64,000 nt of DNA, taken from NCBI RefSeq assembly GCF_945285465.1, contig NZ_CALYQK010000002.1, forward strand, positions 2,544-66,543, read 5' to 3'. The first letter of the stretch is position 1. Every line of letters begins with the position of its first letter. Both the position numbers and the translations under genes were made by a program. A model generated the notes under the pieces. It was not told where the DNA came from. It worked only from the letters and a program-made list of their open reading frames with translations, and did no database searches. Shown piece by piece: positions 1 to 9,863 of this stretch. The stretch comes from an uncultured Bartonella sp. (GTDB taxonomy: Bacteria; Pseudomonadota; Alphaproteobacteria; Rhizobiales; Rhizobiaceae).

Positions 1-1
1 A

Positions 2-91
2 ACTCAATTGGCTCTTCTCAATAAAATTGGTGAAGAAAAATATGGCCAGTTGAATGCTGGCTCGGCCGAACACGCTGAAGCCAAAGAATAA
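2..91 (+). CDS. bfr: Bacterioferritin, C-terminal fragment (gene starts before the window)
   Basis: Manual translation TQLALLNKIGEEKYGQLNAGSAEHAEAKE* resembles the rhizobial Bfr C-terminus (ETQLxLLxKIGxERYGQLNA). Not in the ORF track. Confidence 0.8.
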   Translation, partial: TQLALLNKIGEEKYGQLNAGSAEHAEAKE

Positions 92-97
92 CAGTTC

Positions 98-142
98 ATA
101 AAGCTGGTAGAATTGAAATTTTATCAGCTTTATCTTTATTTT
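98..142 (+). terminator. Probable intrinsic terminator after bfr
   Basis: Inverted repeat ATAAAGCTGGTAG (98-110) / TTATCAGCTTTAT (121-133) followed by a T-rich tract. Confidence 0.6.
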
Positions 143-699
143 ATAATATTTTTGCAAAAAGCAATACGCTTTTTTTAACTATTTTTGACAATAGTTATGT
201 AACAAAATCTGCCGGACATGTCTTGTAGATTTTCAGATTTATTTTTTAGGAAACGGGATTTACGCACGTTTAAAAAAGCCACTTAATTGTAGAAAAACTA
301 GCTTAAATTATACAAAACAGTTAGCTACTGCACTGCATGAATTGCGTATATTCAGAAAAAAGTGGGCTAATGCCTGAATTTATATTTTTTATTTCCATTT
401 GTCATGGAAAAAGGCCGAGTATTCCCGCCATAACGGGATCCCCCAACGAGCAGCCGAACTTGCTGATAACATTTGCGCTTCTTGTACCGCCGGGACAGCC
501 CATTTTTGCCGATAACTCGAGAAGCACTACCCTTAACACGACAGCACACAAAAACAGGCGGGATAAATAGACATGATCCAGCCCAGTTTTGTTTTTATAT
601 TCCGACAATGGACATCAAAATTATAACAGTTTGCCCCCACTAAACGTCACAAGGAGCTATCGATAACACAAACCGATAAAATGTCTCATGCCCGAAAAA

Positions 700-1689
700 T
701 CAGTTAAATTTCGCCACATCCTGATGACGGGCAATAATATTGCGAATTGTGCCACTATGCGACCGCATCACAATTGTATCAGTTTGAATGTAATTTTTAG
801 CAAACTTCACCCCGGATAAAAGGTTGCCGTCCGTCACGCCGGTTGCTGCAAAAAGCACATCGCCTTTCGCCATTTCCTCCATTGAATAGACTTTGTTCGG
901 ATCGGTTACACCCATTTTTGCTGCGCGGGCAATTTTTTCTTCCGTATTTAATTGAAGACGCCCTTGCATTTGACCGCCAATGCACCGCAGTGCGGCAGCT
1001 GCCAACACTCCTTCAGGCGCCCCACCAATTCCTAAATAAATATCAATCCCCGTTTCATCTGGATCAGTTGTATGAATAATACCGGCAACATCACCATCAC
1101 CAATTAACCGGATCGAAGCACCGGTTGTGCGAACAGCCTCAATCAGTTTGGCGTGACGTGGCCTATCCATAATGCAAGCTGTAATCATATTTGGCGCAAC
1201 GCCTTTAGCCTTGGCGAGCGCATTTATATTATCAACGGGACTAGCATCTATATCAACCACACCCTCGGGATAACCCGGCCCGATAGCAATCTTTTCCATA
1301 TAAACATCAGGCGCATAAAGCAGGTTGCCCTTTTCCGCCATTGCAATAACGGCAAGCGAATTCGGCAGGTTTTTGGCACAAATCGTTGTTCCTTCTAGCG
1401 GATCAAGCGCAATATCCACTGCTGGTCCTTCTTTGGTGCCGACCTTTTCACCGATATAAAGCATCGGTGCTTCATCTCGCTCACCCTCGCCGATGACAAC
1501 CGTTCCATCTATCGGCAACCGGTTTAATTCTTTACGCATCGCGTCTACCGCTGCCTGATCGGCAGCTTTTTCATCTCCGCGCCCGCGGATACGTGCTGCA
1601 GCCACTGCAGCGCGTTCTGTAACGCGAACAAGCTCAAGTGTTAAAATACGATTGAGTCCATGAAATTTTTGGTCAGCGGATTTCGGCAT
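700..1689 (-). CDS. glpX: Fructose-1,6-bisphosphatase class II
   Basis: VIGEGERDEAPML, DPLEGT, DGDV and GIGGAPEGVLAAAA motifs. Confidence 0.96.
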   Translation of the reverse strand: MPKSADQKFHGLNRILTLELVRVTERAAVAAARIRGRGDEKAADQAAVDAMRKELNRLPIDGTVVIGEGERDEAPMLYIGEKVGTKEGPAVDIALDPLEGTTICAKNLPNSLAVIAMAEKGNLLYAPDVYMEKIAIGPGYPEGVVDIDASPVDNINALAKAKGVAPNMITACIMDRPRHAKLIEAVRTTGASIRLIGDGDVAGIIHTTDPDETGIDIYLGIGGAPEGVLAAAALRCIGGQMQGRLQLNTEEKIARAAKMGVTDPNKVYSMEEMAKGDVLFAATGVTDGNLLSGVKFAKNYIQTDTIVMRSHSGTIRNIIARHQDVAKFN

Positions 1690-1864
1690 ATGATTGATCC
1701 CACAGGATAATTGTTAAAGAAACGAAATGTTGTCATGCAACTTTATATATTATAGCCTTTTGTCAAAGACTTGTCTCCATCGCAAGGGAAAAAACCGATC
1801 AATTCCTGAATTATTATTGAAACATAAGTGATAATGATCGTCGATTTATTTAAAGGCTAATTGA

Positions 1865-3181
1865 TCAATTCGGCCGTTCGATGCGAATCATTTGTGCCTT
1901 GTCAATCAAATGTCCGTCTTCCATAATTGATGTAAGTGCTTTGCGCACCGACGACTCAGTTGTTTCATGCGTAACAAGAATGATCGTCTTGGTATTTGGT
2001 TGTTTGTTTTCCGCTAACGGGCGTTGAACGATCGATTCAAGAGAAATGGAATTTTCTGCCATGCGTTTGGCAACGCTTGCAAAAACACCCGTCTTATCCG
2101 TGACCGTCAATCGGATAAAATAACCTCCGGCATGAGCACGCATACGTGCGCGCTTATAAGGCGAAAGTGCGACTGCCGGCGTTCCGAATACCGGCCCGTG
2201 CTGAAAACCGGGGCGTGACTTGGCAATATCGGCAATATCTCCAATAACCGCCGAAGCTGTTGCATTGCCTCCTGCCCCCGGCCCCGAAAGCAACAGCTCT
2301 CCTAAAAGATCTGTCTGGATAGAAACCGCATTGGTAACCCCTTGAACCTGCGCAATAACAGAAGATGTTGGCACCATGGTCGGGTGAACGCGCTGTTCGA
2401 TTCCAGTATCGGTTTTGACAGCGACTCCAAGCAGTTTTATCCGGTATCCAAGTTCATCAGCAGCATGAATATCAGCCAATGATATATTGCTTATACCTTC
2501 AACATAAATATCATCTACCGAAATGGCGGTACCAAACGCCAGACTCGTTAACAATGCCAGCTTGTGCGCAGTATCATTACCTTCAATATCGAATGTTGGA
2601 TCAGCTTCTGCGTATCCAAGCTTCTGCGCATCCTTAAGACAGTCCGAAAAAGAAATCCCTTCAGAAAGCATGCGGGTCAAAATATAATTGCACGTTCCAT
2701 TAAGGATTCCATAAACTCGCGAAACACTGTTTCCCGACAACGATTCACGCATTACTTTAATGACAGGAATCCCGCCAGCTACGGCAGCCTCGAAATTAAG
2801 AAGCACGCCTTTTTTTTCCGCTATTTTTGCCAGTGCAACACCGTGCCGTGCAAGAAGAGCTTTATTGGCTGTCACAACATGATGACCATGTTTTAACGCC
2901 TCCTCGACACAAAAACGGGCTATCCCTTCTTCGCCGCCAATTAGTTCAACAAAAACCTCAATATCCTTGCTTGCCGCTAATACCAATGGATCATCAAACC
3001 ATTTGATGTGTTGAAGATCAATGCCGCGCTCGCGTGTTTTATCACGCGCACTTACCGCAACGACTTCAATCGGACGGCCGCATTGTTTGGTCAGTAGGTC
3101 CCGCTTTTGTGCCAAAATTCTAACGACAGAACTTCCTACCGTTCCCAGCCCGACAATTCCGATCCTCAACGCATTTGCCAT
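1865..3181 (-). CDS. hom: Homoserine dehydrogenase with C-terminal ACT domain
   Basis: GLGTVG Rossmann motif, VVTANK, FEAAVAGGIP, GILNGTCNYIL, GYAEADPTFD, GPGAG. Confidence 0.96.
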   Translation of the reverse strand: MANALRIGIVGLGTVGSSVVRILAQKRDLLTKQCGRPIEVVAVSARDKTRERGIDLQHIKWFDDPLVLAASKDIEVFVELIGGEEGIARFCVEEALKHGHHVVTANKALLARHGVALAKIAEKKGVLLNFEAAVAGGIPVIKVMRESLSGNSVSRVYGILNGTCNYILTRMLSEGISFSDCLKDAQKLGYAEADPTFDIEGNDTAHKLALLTSLAFGTAISVDDIYVEGISNISLADIHAADELGYRIKLLGVAVKTDTGIEQRVHPTMVPTSSVIAQVQGVTNAVSIQTDLLGELLLSGPGAGGNATASAVIGDIADIAKSRPGFQHGPVFGTPAVALSPYKRARMRAHAGGYFIRLTVTDKTGVFASVAKRMAENSISLESIVQRPLAENKQPNTKTIILVTHETTESSVRKALTSIMEDGHLIDKAQMIRIERPN

Positions 3182-3185
3182 ACTA

Positions 3186-4379
3186 TTATGCCGCCTTGGT
3201 TTTTTCTTCCGACAGAAAGCGCTTGATATTACGCGCCGCCTGCCTTAGCCGATGTTCATTTTCAACCAATGCTATACGCACATAATCGTCGCCTTGCTCA
3301 CCGAAGCCGACGCCGGGAGAAACGGCTACATCAGCTTTTTCGATAAGCAATTTGGAAAATTCAAGAGAACCGAGTTTTTTGTATTGTTCAGGAATTGGTG
3401 CCCATGCAAACATTGTCGCTTCTGGTGAAGGAACAGCCCATCCGGCGCGGTGAAAGCTCTCAACCATGACATCTCGGCGTTTTTTGTAAACCGAACGAAC
3501 ATAGGCAATATCTGAACCATCACCATTCAACGCATAAGCTGCCGCAACCTGAATCGGCGTAAAAGCACCATAATCAAGATAGGATTTGACCCTTGTTAAC
3601 GCCGCTATCAACCGTTCGTTTCCTACAGCAAAACCCATCCGCCAGCCGGGCATTGAAAAGGTCTTGGACATAGAAGTAAATTCGACAGCAACATCCATAG
3701 CTCCGGGCACCTGCAAGACAGAAGGAGGCACTTCGTCACCGAAATAGATTTCGGCATAAGCCAAGTCCGATAGCAAAATAATGTCATTTTTCCTGGCAAA
3801 ATCTACCACTTCTTTATAGAAATCCAGATCAGCCATATATGCTGTCGGATTTGCTGGATAGTTCAAAATGACCGCGATCGGTTTCGGGATAGAATGTTTT
3901 ACCGCGCGATCCAGTGCCCGCAAAAACTCTTCATCGGGAAAAGCTGGCATCGAGCGTATAACGCCACCCGACATGATAAAGCCGAAAGAATGAATTGGAT
4001 AGGTCGGATTGGGGCATAAAACGACATCACCCGGCGCAGTGACTGCCTGCGCCATATTGGCAAAACCTTCTTTTGAACCTAATGTCGCAATGATCTGGGT
4101 GTTGGGATTAAGTTTTACGCCAAATCGCCGTTCATAATATTTTGCTTGTGCCTTTCTCAACCCCGGGATTCCACGTGACGCCGAATAACGGTGGGTCCGC
4201 GGGTCTTGTACGACTTCGCAAAGTTTATCAACAACGCTTTGAGGGGTTGGCAAATCCGGATTGCCCATACCCAGATCAATAATGTCGGCTCCACCCGCTC
4301 GCGCTGTTGCCTTCAGGCGATTGACCTGTTCAAATACATAAGGCGGTAAACGACGAACTTTATGGAATTCTTCCGACAT
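3186..4379 (-). CDS. PLP-dependent class I/II aminotransferase (AlaC / LL-DAP aminotransferase-like)
   Basis: RLPPYVF, DLGMGNPD, SMSKTFSMPGWRMG (PLP lysine). Conserved upstream of hom in Rhizobiales. Confidence 0.9.
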   Translation of the reverse strand: MSEEFHKVRRLPPYVFEQVNRLKATARAGGADIIDLGMGNPDLPTPQSVVDKLCEVVQDPRTHRYSASRGIPGLRKAQAKYYERRFGVKLNPNTQIIATLGSKEGFANMAQAVTAPGDVVLCPNPTYPIHSFGFIMSGGVIRSMPAFPDEEFLRALDRAVKHSIPKPIAVILNYPANPTAYMADLDFYKEVVDFARKNDIILLSDLAYAEIYFGDEVPPSVLQVPGAMDVAVEFTSMSKTFSMPGWRMGFAVGNERLIAALTRVKSYLDYGAFTPIQVAAAYALNGDGSDIAYVRSVYKKRRDVMVESFHRAGWAVPSPEATMFAWAPIPEQYKKLGSLEFSKLLIEKADVAVSPGVGFGEQGDDYVRIALVENEHRLRQAARNIKRFLSEEKTKAA

Positions 4380-4452
4380 TTTTTCATCCGGTTCAAAAAA
4401 GGTTGATATTAAAAGTTAAATGAAGAACATTCATGACTCATAAGCAATAATT

Positions 4453-4794
4453 TTATTTACCACTCTGTTCGATTTCGCGAATGGTATCTTCCGCTTCGCG
4501 ACGAGCGTCTTCCTTGGCTTTTGCCAAATTGGACGTATTTTTTGCCGCAGGCCCCGATGACTTTTTCAAAGCGGCAGCCTGCGAATCGAGTTTATCGGTC
4601 AAGGCCTGTTTTTCCGCTTCTGTAAACTGTTGGGTTGCGGCTTTGGGTTCTATCGAGAAATTCGGATAAGTATCCTGATGGGAGGCTCCTTTTTGTTCCG
4701 GAGCGCTAAATTCGCTGCCACGCGCGCAGCCCAGAACGATAACAGCTAATACCGTCAGAACAACGTCACGCGTTATTTTTAAAGGCTTATTCAT
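4453..4794 (-). CDS. Small lipoprotein, function unknown
   Basis: Basic N-terminus, hydrophobic core, VLGC lipobox. Confidence 0.75.
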   Translation of the reverse strand: MNKPLKITRDVVLTVLAVIVLGCARGSEFSAPEQKGASHQDTYPNFSIEPKAATQQFTEAEKQALTDKLDSQAAALKKSSGPAAKNTSNLAKAKEDARREAEDTIREIEQSGK

Positions 4795-5079
4795 CGTAAT
4801 TCACTTATCCAGTCACAATAATAAGGTTCCCACATATATCATGAGGTTATCATAAAGCCAACGTCAAGATAGTATGGCGTATAATCATTTCGTTTTGTTG
4901 TTTTCCATAATTTGTGTGGTTAAACTATCATATGTTACTTTTTGAATCGAAACGTAATGTGTGTCCGCTGTTTCCGATATAAGAAAGACGCAAATCGCTG
5001 GCATGTATCGGCGACTCTGTCAGATTTATATTCGATGAAAATGAAATTTTGGACTTTGGCTGCATTGAGAGGTTGCTGA

Positions 5080-6366
5080 TTGTTAGCAAATACAGATATT
5101 TTACCATACAAAATAAAATATCGTGGTTTTTCTCTCCCGGATTTGGTGCGTGCCGGTCTTTGGCTGTCGTTAGCTGTTATGTTTTGTGGATGTACTTCAA
5201 ACCTAGCTGGCTTGGCAACAGTCGGAAAAACCGCGCAACAGGCGGCAGAAAATACATCCGAACAACAGTCCGCGCGTGAAAACAGCTCAACTACCGCTGT
5301 GCCAGCCGAACAGGGTGTCAACCAAGCGGCAAACGTGCCCGTCCCCACCCCGCCACCTTTGGCCGGTCAACAAGCAACCATTCCAAGACAGGCTAATGCA
5401 ATTGATGACAACAAAACCGCTAAGCCACAGGAAACGATTCTACCTTCACAAATCACTAAAGATCAGCAGACGCAAAATCCGCCAATAACGCAAGAAGCAT
5501 CAACAAAGAGAACTGCTCTGTTTCCTTTCATCCGTAAAAAAGATTCGTCTGCTCCATCAGAGCTGCCAACCGGAGAATCAGCGACAAATACGCGGCAAGC
5601 CGCCGACGTAGCTGCACAGTCAATGTCAACTACCGATAATGTGCAACAACAAACAACAAATGAAAAAACGGCACCGCCAGCGCCACAGGCTATATCGGCA
5701 AAGGAAGACCCAAAACTTCAAATGCCCGAACGGGATGCAACAAGCCAGAAAAAAGGAAGCTTGATGAGACTTTTTGGGCACGCTAATGGGGCAAAACAGG
5801 ATAAATCCAATGGCGCAGAAACCAGAACAGCGCTCGTGCCTCTTCCGAAAAAAGATACGCACGAATATAATGATGCGTTGCCGGGCGTACGCCCTAATGG
5901 AGGAATTGTCATCAAACATCGCACCAGTCTTTATGATGACACAGATATTGATGCCAATGAAATTGATTCGCCCTCCCTTTATACCCTTGCTTCCGTAAGC
6001 CTTTATGGGCGCTCGCTTCCTAATGGTTTAAAAATTGCCCGTAAAGATGTCGAAGTTTCATGTTTAAAACCACAACTCGTCACAATTTTAAAAACTATCG
6101 AGCGTCGGTTTAACAAGCCTGTCATCATTACATCCGGCTATCGCAGCCCTACCTATAACCAGAAGGTAAACGGGGCAAAACGCTCAATGCATATGTCCTG
6201 TGCTGCCGCCGATATTCAGGTGCCCGAAACGAATAAATGGGATGTGGCCAAATTTGTTCGCGCTCTGCCTAACCGGGGAGGCGTTGGCACATATTGTCAC
6301 CAGTCTATCCATGTAGATATCGGGCCAAAACGTGACTGGAATTGGAGCTGTTCTGCAAAAAATTAA
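5080..6366 (+). CDS. YcbK/peptidase M15A-family zinc peptidase lipoprotein with long low-complexity linker (start uncertain)
   Basis: C-terminal ITSGYRS...SMHMSCAAAD...GVGTYCH.SIHVD M15 motifs, lipobox-like FCGC, Q/T/P-rich linker. Confidence 0.85.
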   Translation: MLANTDILPYKIKYRGFSLPDLVRAGLWLSLAVMFCGCTSNLAGLATVGKTAQQAAENTSEQQSARENSSTTAVPAEQGVNQAANVPVPTPPPLAGQQATIPRQANAIDDNKTAKPQETILPSQITKDQQTQNPPITQEASTKRTALFPFIRKKDSSAPSELPTGESATNTRQAADVAAQSMSTTDNVQQQTTNEKTAPPAPQAISAKEDPKLQMPERDATSQKKGSLMRLFGHANGAKQDKSNGAETRTALVPLPKKDTHEYNDALPGVRPNGGIVIKHRTSLYDDTDIDANEIDSPSLYTLASVSLYGRSLPNGLKIARKDVEVSCLKPQLVTILKTIERRFNKPVIITSGYRSPTYNQKVNGAKRSMHMSCAAADIQVPETNKWDVAKFVRALPNRGGVGTYCHQSIHVDIGPKRDWNWSCSAKN

Positions 6367-6385
6367 AAAAAAATTGCAAACAGGG

Positions 6386-6414
6386 CTTGCGATTAAAAAA
6401 TATCCTCTCTATAA
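6386..6414 (+). promoter_or_regulatory. Sigma70-type promoter of tRNA-Glu
   Basis: CTTGCG-N17-CTATAA, close to the rhizobial CTTGAC-N17-CTATAT consensus, ending 16 nt before the tRNA. Confidence 0.65.
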
Positions 6415-6430
6415 GCCGTTTCACCAGTAT

Positions 6431-6505
6431 GCGCCCATCGTCTAGTGGTCAGGACGCCGCCCTTTCACGGCGGAAACAGGGGTTCAAATCCCCTTGGGCG
6501 TACCA
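6431..6505 (+). tRNA. tRNA-Glu (TTC)
   Basis: Acceptor GCGCCCA/TGGGCGT, anticodon arm CCGCC-CT-TTC-AC-GGCGG, T-loop GGTTCAAATCC, encoded CCA. Confidence 0.97.
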
Positions 6506-6958
6506 ATGTTGTTTTTCATAAATAATTTCTGTTTTCTTGCGCCTGATATTAAGCGAATGTCGAACTTGCCTTGAATATTCCTGCTTGCCGTGATGCTTTA
6601 TCGCAACCATGAAAAGAATCTACGACTTTAATGGTTAGGAAAACGAATCAAAAAACGGCAAAAACCGTTTTTCATTGATGATGTACCCTATGAGTCTGTT
6701 TTGGTCGTCGGCCTGCCTTTGCCAGAGCCAAAATGACAGCACGTTAATAATATGTTTTAACCGGCTTTTTTTTGCCAGCTATAGATATCAAACGGCCGAA
6801 AGCAGACAAAAACGTCGATAACGTTTGTCCACGCCTTGCATTAGCAAGAATATGAACGAGCAAAACAACGGGGTAAAAACATTGCGCTCCAGACAAACAT
6901 CTTTTGCAATTTGCTGCAAAAAGGCTCTGCCTAAGTGAAAAGCAATTTTTGTTTTATC

Positions 6959-7273
6959 TTATTCCGAAACTACAACTTCAAAGCCTTCAAATTTTGGTGC
7001 AGCTGCAAATATTTCTTTGCGTTGACCAGCATTTTTATGCGCATCTCTGAACTGTTCGGATTTTGTCCAATTGATAAAATCTTCTTTGGTATTCCAAACA
7101 GCATGGGAAGCGAAAAGAGTCGATTTCCCATCATCTTGTGTATCGCAACGTAGAAGTTGAAAATCTATAAACCCGGGCAATTCCTTCAATCGTGATTGAC
7201 GATTTTTCCAGCGAGTTTCAAATTCCACCTCACTTCCTTTCAAAATAGCAAAGCGATTCATCGCAATATACAT
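6959..7273 (-). CDS. ABM-family heme-degrading monooxygenase (IsdG/HmuQ/BhuQ-like)
   Basis: MYIAMNRF, FETRW, WTKSEQFRDAH retain the Asn/Trp/His residues typical of IsdG-family enzymes. Confidence 0.85.
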   Translation of the reverse strand: MYIAMNRFAILKGSEVEFETRWKNRQSRLKELPGFIDFQLLRCDTQDDGKSTLFASHAVWNTKEDFINWTKSEQFRDAHKNAGQRKEIFAAAPKFEGFEVVVSE

Positions 7274-7820
7274 ATTGGTTCCCTTCTCATGAAAAAGTTT
7301 ACGAGATTTTTAAGATGATATTCCGTTGTTTGGCAAGTTTCTTTACAAAATTTGTCAACTTTAAGTAACAAAATGTGGCGTTTCCAAAAAAATTGTCAGT
7401 CGCAAAATCTCAAAAAACTGCCAGCAACTTCGCCAGTCAGCCATTTTTGGCTGTCGACCATTCTGTTTATGCAATTACCCTGAAAAGCCATTTCGGCATG
7501 GAAAATCCGACCAACTTTCTTAAACCGCGTTAAAGTCTCGAAAAAGTTTGATTGCGCAACATAGCTTTTTATTGCCAAATAAGCGACAAAACACAGTTTC
7601 CTGTTTCACGAAAAATGAAAAATTCAAAAAAAATAAAAAAATTTGGGATTGCTGTGCTCGAATGCTCTGGCTACGCTATAGGCATCGCGACTTTTTTAAG
7701 CATCAACCGACATTAACCGATAGCTCCCCTAATTTTATTAGTGCATTTGCTATCCTGTCCAATCATATAGGCTCGAACAGACGCGCGAGCCTATAGATAA
7801 TTTAAAACGGTAGTTCCCGA

Positions 7821-8855
7821 TTATTTAGACATATCCAGAACGACACGTCCTTCAATTTTCCCGGCGATCATATTGTCGAAAATATGATTGATATCGGAAA
7901 GCTTATCAGTCGAAATGTGCGACTTGACTTTTCCGTGCTCGGCAAAGTCCAAAGCTTCCTGCAGATCAAGCCGAGTACCAACAATTGATCCGCGAAGTGT
8001 AATACCGTCAAGTACCATATTGAAAATAGGAACAGGGAAACTGCCGGCCGGAAGCCCATTCATTGCCAGAGTTCCACCACGACGAACCATCCCCAGTGCT
8101 TGTTCAAAAGCCTTTGGTGAGGCAGCCGTAACAACCATACCGTGAACGCCGCCATCCGTCAATTTACGAAGTTCTGATGCTGCGTCACTATGTTTTGTAA
8201 CGTTAATGCCAATATCGGCACCTAATTGTTTAGCCAACTCGATTTTATCGTCGGCAACATCAATGGCAGCGACATTAAAGCCCATTGCTTTGGCATATTG
8301 AACCGCTAAATGGCCTAAGCCACCAATACCGGAAATGCCAACCCAATTGCCAGCTTTTGCATCGGTCATTTTGAGGCCTTTATAGACTGTCACACCAGCG
8401 CACAAGATAGGTGCAATCTCGTTAAAACTGATATTTTTTGGCAGATGGCCAACATAGTTTGGATCAGCAACAACATAATCTGCAAAGCCACCGTTAACCG
8501 AATAGCCGGTGTTCAGTTGATGCTCGCATAAGGTTTCCCAACCCGCAAGACAATGAGAACAACAACCACAAGCCGTATAAAGCCACGGCACACCAACACG
8601 ATCCCCCTCTTTGACGTGTTTGACACCACGTCCGACGGCTGACACATATCCCACCCCCTCGTGGCCAGGGATAAATGGCGGCTTCGGCTTTACCGGCCAA
8701 TCACCATGCGCCGCATGCAAATCGGTGTGGCAAACGCCACAAGCTTGCACACTTACCTGAATCATGCCCTCCCCGGGTTCGGGAATTGGTACTTCATCAA
8801 TTGTAAGTGGCTTTCCAAATTCCCGAACCACTGCTGCCTGCATCGTCTTTGCCAT
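7821..8855 (-). CDS. adhP: Zn-dependent alcohol dehydrogenase
   Basis: [13 protein letters not shown], structural-Zn CxxCxxC...C, GIGGLG. Start set to ATG 8855 after AAGGAG. Confidence 0.93.
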   Translation of the reverse strand: MAKTMQAAVVREFGKPLTIDEVPIPEPGEGMIQVSVQACGVCHTDLHAAHGDWPVKPKPPFIPGHEGVGYVSAVGRGVKHVKEGDRVGVPWLYTACGCCSHCLAGWETLCEHQLNTGYSVNGGFADYVVADPNYVGHLPKNISFNEIAPILCAGVTVYKGLKMTDAKAGNWVGISGIGGLGHLAVQYAKAMGFNVAAIDVADDKIELAKQLGADIGINVTKHSDAASELRKLTDGGVHGMVVTAASPKAFEQALGMVRRGGTLAMNGLPAGSFPVPIFNMVLDGITLRGSIVGTRLDLQEALDFAEHGKVKSHISTDKLSDINHIFDNMIAGKIEGRVVLDMSK

Positions 8856-9579
8856 GATGTTCTCCTTCACTGGCTGTCAACATATGAACCATTTACGATC
8901 AATTATTAATGACTTCATAACCGCGACATCTGTTTAGACCGAATGTTAACGTGTGCGCGGAATGACGCACATCGAAATAGATATGTATAGTTTTTCTGTT
9001 ACTGCAAGCTATACTTTTTATATTCGGAGGCAAAAATTCCACTGGAATTTCATAAAACTTGTTTTAAATTATAATACTAAATTCAAGAATTTTTGGCGTG
9101 TTTAGTATTTATTGTCGAATTTTGAAAAAAATTCGTAATTTCAGAAAAAAAAGATCACGACAAGTTTAATCTTTGGCAATATCTTATTCGTTTTTACGCT
9201 AAAAAATTTTTAATATTTGGCGCTCAAATAAGTTAGAAGCCTATAATGCGCATCAGTCTTGTTACTTTTGCAGTGTTGTCGATGCGTTTTGCTGGCAGCT
9301 TCAAGAAGTAAATTTGAGGTGAATGTTTTAGTTAATAATTACGTTTTTGCCAAATTCTGCTAATGGTAGAACCAACGAGAAAAAAAACTGTATTAAAATG
9401 AAACAATTTTTTTAAATTGTTAGAAAAAGTTGGAAAGATCGGCAATGAGAAATGCCTTGTACTCATATTCAATAGAAACTATAGCTATCCTTGTTCAGTT
9501 ACGCTATAGAATGAGATATTACCAAAGATAACGCTTTTTGCGTTTGATTGCTTTAGACAAATGACATGGAGTTCTGGTT

Positions 9580-9819
9580 ATGGCTGATCATCATATTCCT
9601 CATTTTCACAATGATGGTGGATATAAAATGATTGAAATCGGTGTCAAAAGATTCATGTGCGCAGGTGCCAATGCGCCTTTTGATCATCCGCATATTTTTC
9701 TTGATATGGGTGCCGATGATGAAAAAATTTGCCCTTATTGCTCGACATTATATCGCTATAACCCGTCTTTTTCTGATGCAGAAACAAAACCTGCCGGTTG
9801 TGTTTATGAACCGGCATAA
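9580..9819 (+). CDS. Zinc-finger (zf-CHCC) small protein
   Basis: FMCAGANAPFDHPHIFLDMG...CPYCSTLY, with GGAG RBS. Confidence 0.88.
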   Translation: MADHHIPHFHNDGGYKMIEIGVKRFMCAGANAPFDHPHIFLDMGADDEKICPYCSTLYRYNPSFSDAETKPAGCVYEPA

Positions 9820-9863
9820 AACACTGAAAAACTCTGTTTATTTTTAAAGTGAGGAATAGACCT

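Noticed and set aside
4822-4856. dif-like XerCD site
   Set aside because: Only loose similarity. The XerD arm (TTATG...) is not matched.
8885-8905. FNR/FixK box upstream of adhP
   Set aside because: Only one TTGAT half-site is present.
6431-9580. Genomic island integrated at tRNA-Glu
   Set aside because: No integrase and no duplicated tRNA 3' end (att site) seen in the window.
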